Shown: piece by piece, positions 53,700-64,000 of the stretch | Layout: every line of letters starts with the position of its first letter | Position numbering within the stretch: the stretch's first letter is position 1 | Assembly (NCBI GenBank): GCA_964057225.1 | Contig: OZ059897.1 | Span: 248,001-312,000 of the forward strand | DNA: 64,000 nt | DNA from: Auanema rhodensis | Taxonomy: Eukaryota > Animalia > Nematoda | Reading direction: 5' to 3' | Program-made: the position numbers and the translations under genes | Notes under the pieces: generated by a model | Told to the model about the DNA's origin: nothing | Database searches by the model: none | The model's input: only the letters and a program-made list of their open reading frames with translations

Positions 53700-56600
53700 T
53701 GTGTTATCAGATTTGCGCTAGCTTAAAAATGCACCGAGATATCAACTGATATAAGTTCACACTTATATCCTCGATTTTCACCCTGAAGAATTAATTTTTT
53801 CGTTGAATAACATTGTCCATCGTCTTTGCCTTGAATAAAAAAATCTAAAAACATCTACTTTTTGCTAAATTATTTTGAAATTTTTCGAAAAAATTTTTGT
53901 CAAAATGTTTTTGGAAGCAATGTTGAGTGTACATGGAAACTCAACATACACTAATGCATCATTTTTCAAACGATCATAACTAATTTTTGTATTAAGCGTT
54001 TCTCAATGTATTATAGTGCATTCGATGCGGATTTTTAAGCTGCGTCGATCTGTGTTATCAGATTTGCGCTAGCTTAAAAATGCACCGAGATATCAACTGA
54101 TATAAGTTCACACTTATATCTTGATTTTCACCCTGAAGGAATAATTTTTTCGTTGAATAACATTGTCCATCATCTTTGCCTTGAAAAAAGGAATCTAAAA
54201 ACATCTACTTTTTGCTAAATTATTTTGAAATTTTTCGAAAAAATTTTTGTCAAAATGTTTTTGGAAGCAATGTTGAGTGTACATGGAAACTCAACATACA
54301 CTAATGCATCATTTTTCAAACGATCATAACTAATTTTTGTATTAAGCGTTTCTCAATGTAGTATAGTGCATTCGATGCGGATTTTTAAGCTGCGTCGATC
54401 TGTGTTATCAGATTTGCGCTAGCTTAAAAATGCACCGAGATATCAACTGATATAAGTTCACACTTATATCCTCGATTTTCACCCTGAAGAATTAATTTTT
54501 TCGTTGAATAACATTGTCCATCGTCTTTGCCTTGAATAAAGGATTCTAAAAACATCTACTTTTTGCTAAATTATTTTGAAATTTTTCGAAAAAATTTTTG
54601 TCAAAATGTTTTTGGAAGCAATGTTGAGTGTACATGGAAACTCAACATACACTAATGCATCATTTTTCAAACGATCATAACTAATTTTTGTATTAAGCGT
54701 TTCTTAATGTAGTATAGTGCATTCGATGCGGATTTTTAAGCTGCGTCGATCTGTGTTATCAGATTTGCGCTAGCTTAAAAATGCACCGAGATATCAACTG
54801 ATATAAGTTCACACTTATATCCTCGATTTTCACCCTGAAGAATTAATTTTTTCGTTGAATAACATTGTCCATCGTCTTTGCCTTGAATAAAGGAATCTAA
54901 AAACACCTACTTTTTGCTAAATTATTTTGAAATTTTTCGAAAAAATTTTTGTCAAAATGTTTTTGGAAGCAATGTTGAGTGTACATGGAAACTCAACATA
55001 CACTAATGCATCATTTTTCAAACGATCATAACTAATTTTTGTATGAAGCGTTTCTCAATGTAGTATAGTGCATTCGATGCGGATTTTTAAGCTGCGTCGA
55101 TCTGTGTTATCAGATTTGCGCTAGCTTAAAAATGCACCGAGATATCAACTGATATAAGTTTACACTTATATCCTCGATTTTCACCCTGAAGAATTAATTT
55201 TTTCGTTGAATAACATTGTCCATCGTCTTTGCCTTGAATAAAAAAATCTAAAAACATCTACTTTTTGCTAAATTATTTTGAAATTTTTCGAAAAAATTTT
55301 TGTCAAAATGTTTTTGGAAGCAATGTTGAGTGTACATGGAAACTCAACATACACTAATGCATCATTTTTCAAACGATCATAACTAATTTTTGTATTAAGC
55401 GTTTCTCAATGTAGTATAGTGCATTCGATGCGGATTTTTAAGCTGCGTCGATCTGTGTTATCAGATTTGCGCTAGCTTAAAAATGCACCGAGATATCAAC
55501 TGATATAAGTTCACACTTATATCCTCGATTTTCACCCTGAAGGAATAATTTTTTCGTTGAATAACATTGTCCATCATCTTTGCCTTGAAAAAAGGAATCT
55601 AAAAACATCTACTTTTTGCTAAATTATTTTGAAATTTTTCGAAAAAATTTTTGTCAAAATGTTTTTGGAAGCAATGTTGAGTGTACATGGAAACTCAACA
55701 TACACTAATGCATCATTTTTCAAACGATCATAACTAATTTTTGTATTAAGCGTTTCTCAATGTAGTATAGTGCATTCGATGCGGATTTTTAAGCTGCGTC
55801 GATCTGTGTTATCAGATTTGCGCTAGCTTAAAAATGCACCGAGATATCAACTGATATAAGTTCACACTTATATCCTCGATTTTCACCCTGAAGAATTAAT
55901 TTTTTCGTTGAATAACATTGTCCATCGTCTTTGCCTTGAATAAAGGAATCTAAAAACATCTAGTTTTTGCTAAATTATTTTGAAATTTTTCGAAAAAATT
56001 TTTGTCAAAATGTTTTTGGAAGCAATGTTGAGTGTACATGGAAACTCAACATACACTAATGCATCATTTTTCAAACGATCATAACTAATTTTTGTATTAA
56101 GCGTTTCTCAATGTAGTATAGTGCATTCGATGCGGATTTTTAAGCTGCGTCGATCTGTGTTATCAGATTTGCGCTAGCTTAAAAATGCACCGAGATATCA
56201 ACTGATATAAGTTCACACTTATATCCTCGATTTTCACCCTGAAGAATTAATTTTTTCGTTGAATAACATTGTCCATCGTCTTTGCCTTGAAAAAAGAAAT
56301 CTAAAAACATCTACTTTTTGCTAAATTATTTTGAAATTTTTCGAAAAAATTTTTGTCAAAATGTTTTTGGAAGCATTGTTGAGTGTACATGGAAACTCAA
56401 CATACACTAATGCATCATTTTTCAAACGATCATAACTAATTTTTGTATTAAGCGTTTCTCAATGTAGTATAGTGCATTCGATGCGGATTTTTAAGCTGCG
56501 TCGATCTGTGTTATCAGATTTGCGCTAGCTTAAAAATGCACCGAGATATCAACTGATATAAGTTCACACTTATATCCTCGATTTTCACCCTGAAGAATTA

Positions 56601-59600
56601 ATTTTTTCGTTGAATAACATTGTCCATCGTCTTTGCCTTGAATAAAAAAATCTAAAAACATCTACTTTTTGCTAAATTATTTTGAAATTTTTCGAAAAAA
56701 TTTTTGTCAAAATGTTTTTGGAAGCAATGTTGAGTGTACATGGAAACTCAACATACACTAATGCATCATTTTTCAAACGATCATAACTAATTTTTGTATT
56801 AAGCGTTTCTCAATGTAGTATAGTGCATTCGATGCGGATTTTTAAGCTGCGTCGATCTGTGTTATCAGATTTGCGCTAGCTTAAAAATGCACCGAGATAT
56901 CAACTGATATAAGTTCACACTTATATCCTCGATTTTCACCCTGAAGAATTAATTTTTTCGTTGAATAACATTGTCCATCGTCTTTGCCTTGAATAAAAAA
57001 ATCTAAAAACATCTACTTTTTGCTAAATTATTTTGAAATTTTTCGAAAAAATTTTTGTCAAAATGTTTTTGGAAGCAATGTTGAGTGTACATGGAAACTC
57101 AACATACACTAATGCATCATTTTTCAAACGATCATAACTAATTTTTGTATTAAGCGTTTCTCAATGTAGTATAGTGCATTCGATGCGGATTTTTAAGCTG
57201 CGTCGATCTCTGTTATCAGATTTGCGCTAGCTTAAAAATGCACCGAGATATCAACTGATATAAGTTCACACTTATATCCTCGATTTTCACCCTGAAGAAT
57301 TAATTTTTTCGTTGAATAACATTGTCCATCGTCTTTGCCTTGAATAAAGGAATCTAAAAACATCTACTTTTTGCTAAATTATTTTGAAATTTTTCGAAAA
57401 AATTTTTGTCAAAATGTTTTTGGAAGCAATGTTGAGTGTACATGGAAACTCAACATACACTAATGCATCATTTTTCAAACGATCATAACTAATTTTTGTA
57501 TTAAGCGTTTCTCAATGTAGTATAGTGCATTCGATGCGGATTTTTAAGCTGCGTCGATCTGTGTTATCAGATTTGCGCTAGCTTAAAAATGCACCGAGAT
57601 ATCAACTGATATAAGTTCACACTTATATCCTCGATTTTCACCCTGAAGGAATAATTTTTTCGTTGAATAACATTGTCCATCATCTTTGCCTTGAAAAAAG
57701 GAATCTAAAAACATCTACTTTTTGCTAAATTATTTTGAAATTTTTCGAAAAAATTTTTGTCAAAATGTTTTTGGAAGCAATGTTGAGTGTACATGGAAAC
57801 TCAACATACACTAATGCATCATTTTTCAAACGATCATAACTAATTTTTGTATTAAGCGTTTCTCAATGTAGTATAGTGCATTCGATGCGGATTTTTAAGC
57901 TGCGTCGATCTGTGTTATCAGATTTGCGCTAGCTTAAAAATGCACCGAGATATCAACTGATATAAGTTCACACTTATATCCTCGATTTTCACCCTGAAGA
58001 ATTAATTTTTTCGTTGAATAACATTGTCCATCGTCTTTGCCTTGAATAAAGGAATCTAAAAACATCTACTTTTTGCTAAATTATTTTGAAATTTTTCGAA
58101 AAAATTTTTGTCAAAATGTTTTTGGAAGCAATGTTGAGTGTACATGGAAACTCAACATACACTAATGCATCATTTTTCAAACGATCATAACTAATTTTTG
58201 TATCAAGCGTTTCTCAATGTAGTATAGTGCATTCGATGCGGATTTTTAAGCTGCGTCGATCTGTGTTATCAGATTTGCGCTAGCTTAAAAATGCACCGAG
58301 ATATCAACTGATATAAGTTCACACTTATATCCTCGATTTTCACCCTGAAGAATTAATTTTTTCGTTGAATAACATTGTCCATCGTCTTTGCCTTGAATAA
58401 AGGAATCTAAAAACACCTACTTTTTGCTAAATTATTTTGAAATTTTTCGAAAAAATTTTTGTCAAAATGTTTTTGGAAGCAATGTTGAGTGTACATGGAA
58501 ACTCAACATACACTAATGCATCATTTTTCAAACGATCATAACTAATTTTTGTATTAAGCGTTTCTCAATGTAGTATAGTGCATTCGATGCGGATTTTTAA
58601 GCTGCGTCGATCTGTGTTATCAGATTTGCGCTAGCTTAAAAATGCACCGAGATATCAACTGATATAAGTTCACACTTATATCCTCGATTTTCACCCTGAA
58701 GGAATAATTTTTTCGTTGAATAACATTGTCCATCATCTTTGCCTTGAAAAAAGGAATCTAAAAACATCTACTTTTTGCTAAATTATTTTGAAATTTTTCG
58801 AAAAAATTTTTGTCAAAATGTTTTTGGAAGCAATGTTGAGTGTACATGGAAACTCAACATACACTAATGCATCATTTTTCAAACGATCATAACTAATTTT
58901 TGTATTAAGCGTTTCTCAATGTAGTATAGTGCATTCGATGCGGATTTTTAAGCTGCGTCGATCTGTGTTATCAGATTTGCGCTAGCTTAAAAATGCACCG
59001 AGATATCAACTGATATAAGTTCACACTTATATCCTCGATTTTCACCCTGAAGAATTAATTTTTTCGTTGAATAACATTGTCCATCGTCTTTGCCTTGAAT
59101 AAAGGAATCTAAAAACATCTAGTTTTTGCTAAATTATTTTGAAATTTTTCGAAAAAATTTTTGTCAAAATGTTTTTGGAAGCAATGTTGAGTGTACATGG
59201 AAACTCAACATACACTAATGCATCATTTTTCAAACGATCATAACTAATTTTTGTATTAAGCGTTTCTCAATGTAGTATAGTGCATTCGATGCGGATTTTT
59301 AAGCTGCGTCGATCTGTGTTATCAGATTTGCGCTAGCTTAAAAATGCACCGAGATATCAACTGATATAAGTTCACACTTATATCCTCGATTTTCACCCTG
59401 AAGAATTAATTTTTTCGTTGAATAACATTGTCCATCGTCTTTGCCTTGAAAAAAGAAATCTAAAAACATCTACTTTTTGCTAAATTATTTTGAAATTTTT
59501 CGAAAAAATTTTTGTCAAAATGTTTTTGGAAGCATTGTTGAGTGTACATGGAAACTCAACATACACTAATGCATCATTTTTCAAACGATCATAACTAATT

Positions 59601-62600
59601 TTTGTATTAAGCGTTTCTCAATGTAGTATAGTGCATTCGATGCGGATTTTTAAGCTGCGTCGATCTGTGTTATCAGATTTGCGCTAGCTTAAAAATGCAC
59701 CGAGATATCAACTGATATAAGTTCACACTTATATCCTCGATTTTCACCCTGAAGAATTAATTTTTTCGTTGAATAACATTGTCCATCGTCTTTGCCTTGA
59801 ATAAAAAAATCTAAAAACATCTACTTTTTGCTAAATTATTTTGAAATTTTTCGAAAAAATTTTTGTCAAAATGTTTTTGGAAGCAATGTTGAGTGTACAT
59901 GGAAACTCAACATACACTAATGCATCATTTTTCAAACGATCATAACTAATTTTTGTATTAAGCGTTTCTCAATGTAGTATAGTGCATTCGATGCGGATTT
60001 TTAAGCTGCGTCGATCTGTGTTATCAGATTTGCGCTAGCTTAAAAATGCACCGAGATATCAACTGATATAAGTTCACACTTATATCCTCGATTTTCACCC
60101 TGAAGGAATAATTTTTTCGTTGAATAACATTGTCCATCATCTTTGCCTTGAAAAAAGGAATCTAAAAACATCTACTTTTTGCTAAATTATTTTGAAATTT
60201 TTCGAAAAAATTTTTGTCAAAATGTTTTTGGAAGCAATGTTGAGTGTACATGGAAACTCAACATACACTAATGCATCATTTTTCAAACGATCATAACTAA
60301 TTTTTGTATTAAGCGTTTCTCAATGTAGTATAGTGCATTCGATGCGGATTTTTAAGCTGCGTCGATCTGTGTTATCAGATTTGCGCTAGCTTAAAAATGC
60401 ACCGAGATATCAACTGATATAAGTTCACACTTATATCCTCGATTTTCACCCTGAAGAATTAATTTTTTCGTTGAATAACATTGTCCATCATCTTTGCCTT
60501 GAAAAAAGGAATCTAAAAACATCTACTTTTTGCTAAATTATTTTGAAATTTTTCGAAAAAATTTTTGTCAAAATGTTTTTGGAAGCAATGTTGAGTGTAC
60601 ATGGAAACTCAACATACACTAATGCATCATTTTTCAAACGATCATAACTAATTTTTGTATTAAGCGTTTCTCAATGTAGTATAGTGCATTCGATGCGGAT
60701 TTTTAAGCTGCGTCGATCTGTGTTATCAGATTTGCGCTAGCTTAAAAATGCACCGAGATATCAACTGATATAAGTTCACACTTATATCCTCGATTTTCAC
60801 CCTGAAGAATTAATTTTTTCGTTGAATAACATTGTCCATCGTCTTTGCCTTGAATAAAGGAATCTAAAAACATCTAGTTTTTGCTAAATTATTTTGAAAT
60901 TTTTCGAAAAAATTTTTGTCAAAATGTTTTTGGAAGCAATGTTGAGTGTACATGGAAACTCAACATACACTAATGCATCATTTTTCAAACGATCATAACT
61001 AATTTTTGTATTAAGCGTTTCTCAATGTAGTATAGTGCATTCGATGCGGATTTTTAAGCTGCGTCGATCTGTGTTATCAGATTTGCGCTAGCTTAAAAAT
61101 GCACCGAGATATCAACTGATATAAGTTCACACTTATATCCTCGATTTTCACCCTGAAGAATTAATTTTTTCGTTGAATAACATTGTCCATCGTCTTTGCC
61201 TTGAATAAAGGAATCTAAAAACATCTAGTTTTTGCTAAATTATTTTGAAATTTTTCGAAAAAATTTTTGTCAAAATGTTTTTGGAAGCAATGTTGAGTGT
61301 ACATGGAAACTCAACATACACTAATGCATCATTTTTCAAACGATCATAACTAATTTTTGTATTAAGCGTTTCTCAATGTAGTATAGTGCATTCGATGCGG
61401 ATTTTTAAGCTGCGTCGATCTGTGTTATCAGATTTGCGCTAGCTTAAAAATGCACCGAGATATCAACTGATATAAGTTCACACTTATATCCTCGATTTTC
61501 ACCCTGAAGGAATAATTTTTTCGTTGAATAACATTGTCCATCATCTTTGCCTTGAAAAAAGGAATCTAAAAACATCTACTTTTTGCTAAATTATTTTGAA
61601 ATTTTTCGAAAAAATTTTTGTCAAAATGTTTTTGGAAGCAATGTTGAGTGTACATGGAAACTCAACATACACTAATGCATCATTTTTCAAACGATCATAA
61701 CTAATTTTTGTATTAAGCGTTTCTCAATGTAGTATAGTGCATTCGATGCGGATTTTTAAGCTGCGTCGATCTGTGTTATCAGATTTGCGCTAGCTTAAAA
61801 ATGCACCGAGATATCAACTGATATAAGTTCACACTTATATCCTCGATTTTCACCCTGAAGAATTAATTTTTTCGTTGAATAACATTGTCCATCGTCTTTG
61901 CCTTGAATAAAAAAATCTAAAAACATCTACTTTTTGCTAAATTATTTTGAAATTTTTCGAAAAAATTTTTGTCAAAATGTTTTTGGAAGCAATGTTGAGT
62001 GTACATGGAAACTCAACATACACTAATGCATCATTTTTCAAACGATCATAACTAATTTTTGTATTAAGCGTTTCTCAATGTAGTATAGTGCATTCGATGC
62101 GGATTTTTAAGCTGCGTCGATCTGTGTTATCAGATTTGCGCTAGCTTAAAAATGCACCGAGATATCAACTGATATAAGTTCACACTTATATCCTCGATTT
62201 TCACCCTGAAGGAATAATTTTTTCGTTGAATAACATTGTCCATCATCTTTGCCTTGAAAAAAGGAATCTAAAAACATCTACTTTTTGCTAAATTATTTTG
62301 AAATTTTTCGAAAAAATTTTTGTCAAAATGTTTTTGGAAGCAATGTTGAGTGTACATGGAAACTCAACATACACTAATGCATCATTTTTCAAACGATCAT
62401 AACTAATTTTTGTATTAAGCGTTTCTCAATGTAGTATAGTGCATTCGATGCGGATTTTTAAGCTGCGTCGATCTGTGTTATCAGATTTGCGCTAGCTTAA
62501 AAATGCACCGAGATATCAACTGATATAAGTTCACACTTATATCCTCGATTTTCACCCTGAAGAATTAATTTTTTCGTTGAATAACATTGTCCATCATCTT

Positions 62601-64000
62601 TGCCTTGAAAAAAGGAATCTAAAAACATCTACTTTTTGCTAAATTATTTTGAAATTTTTCGAAAAAATTTTTGTCAAAATGTTTTTGGAAGCAATGTTGA
62701 GTGTACATGGAAACTCAACATACACTAATGCATCATTTTTCAAACGATCATAACTAATTTTTGTATTAAGCGTTTCTCAATGTAGTATAGTGCATTCGAT
62801 GCGGATTTTTAAGCTGCGTCGATCTGTGTTATCAGATTTGCGCTAGCTTAAAAATGCACCGAGATATCAACTGATATAAGTTCACACTTATATCCTCGAT
62901 TTTCACCCTGAAGAATTAATTTTTTCGTTGAATAACATTGTCCATCGTCTTTGCCTTGAATAAAGGAATCTAAAAACATCTAGTTTTTGCTAAATTATTT
63001 TGAAATTTTTCGAAAAAATTTTTGTCAAAATGTTTTTGGAAGCAATGTTGAGTGTACATGGAAACTCAACATACACTAATGCATCATTTTTCAAACGATC
63101 ATAACTAATTTTTGTATTAAGCGTTTCTCAATATAATATAGTGCATTCGATGCGGATTTTTAAGCTGCGTCGATCTGTGTTATCAGATTTGCGCTAGCTT
63201 AAAAATGCACCGAGATATCAACTGATATAAGTTCACACTTATATCCTCGATTTTCACCCTGAAGAATTAATTTTTTCGTTGAATAACATTGTCCATCGTC
63301 TTTGCCTTGAAAAAAGAAATCTAAAAACATCTACTTTTTGCTAAATTATTTTGAAATTTTTCGAAAAAATTTTTGTCAAAATGTTTTTGGAAGCATTGTT
63401 GAGTGTACATGGAAACTCAACATACACTAATGCATCATTTTTCAAACGATCATAACTAATTTTTGTATTAAGCGTTTCTCAATGTAGTATAGTGCATTCG
63501 ATGCGGATTTTTAAGCTGCGTCGATCTGTGTTATCAGATTTGCGCTAGCTTAAAAATGCACCGAGATATCAACTGATATAAGTTCACACTTATATCCTCG
63601 ATTTTCACCCTGAAGAATTAATTTTTTCGTTGAATAACATTGTCCATCGTCTTTGCCTTGAATAAAAAAATCTAAAAACATCTACTTTTTGCTAAATTAT
63701 TTTGAAATTTTTCGAAAAAATTTTTGTCAAAATGTTTTTGGAAGCAATGTTGAGTGTACATGGAAACTCAACATACACTAATGCATCATTTTTCAAACGA
63801 TCATAACTAATTTTTGTATTAAGCGTTTCTCAATGTAGTATAGTGCATTCGATGCGGATTTTTAAGCTGCGTCGATCTGTGTTATCAGATTTGCGCTAGC
63901 TTAAAAATGCACCGAGATATCAACTGATATAAGTTCACACTTATATCCTCGATTTTCACCCTGAAGGAATAATTTTTTCGTTGAATAACATTGTCCATCA

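Larger units (their letters stand above)
1..64000. repeat. Tandem satellite DNA array, 351-bp monomer, 182 full copies plus 1 partial, head-to-tail, extending past both window edges
   Basis: The motif tgtgttatcagatttgcgctagc (or its tctg variant) recurs at 1, 352, 703 ... 3511, 7021, 14041 (exact multiples of 351). The last copy starts at 63878. Copies differ by only a few substitutions. Confidence 0.99.

Noticed and set aside
1-64000. Giant repetitive ORF (351 is divisible by 3, 117 codons)
   Set aside because: All six frames are closed early in the monomer: + strand taa (25-27), tag (20-22), tga (48-50); - strand stops read as cta (19-21), tta (5-7), tta (24-26).
1-64000. CRISPR array
   Set aside because: There are no unique spacers; the whole 351 bp repeats, and no cas genes are present.
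1-64000. Rolling-circle or concatemer artefact of one small circle
   Set aside because: Variants are shared, ordered and nested in higher-order blocks rather than random, as expected of a real evolving array.
1-64000. Hidden insertion or inversion inside the array
   Set aside because: The phase is preserved to the base (182 x 351 - 5) and every copy read has the same orientation.

Overview
The whole 64,000-bp window is one uninterrupted, head-to-tail array of an AT-rich 351-bp satellite monomer (about 31% GC; 108 G+C counted in monomer 1). Taking position 1 as an arbitrary phase, there are 182 complete monomers (1-63877) and a 123-bp partial copy (63878-64000). The arithmetic closes exactly: 182 x 351 - 5 = 63877, the 5 being single-base deletions. 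All copies have the same orientation and I saw no insertion, gene, RNA gene, CRISPR or intact transposon. All six reading frames hit a stop within the first ~50 nt of the monomer. It looks like eukaryotic (peri)centromeric or heterochromatic satellite DNA, probably from a genome with little CpG methylation, such as an invertebrate (inference). I cannot name the family or species. The information lies in (i) a monomer dense in dyad symmetries arranged with ~175-bp half-period spacing, and (ii) diagnostic variants that reveal nested, variable-length higher-order duplications (3-, 5-, 7-, 8-, 10-, 12-, 17-mers), chimeric monomers and three variant domains. I found no evidence of a novel protein- or RNA-coding system. 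Monomer numbers (M1, M2...) and monomer positions refer to the phase starting at position 1. Variant calls were read by eye and should be confirmed by alignment.
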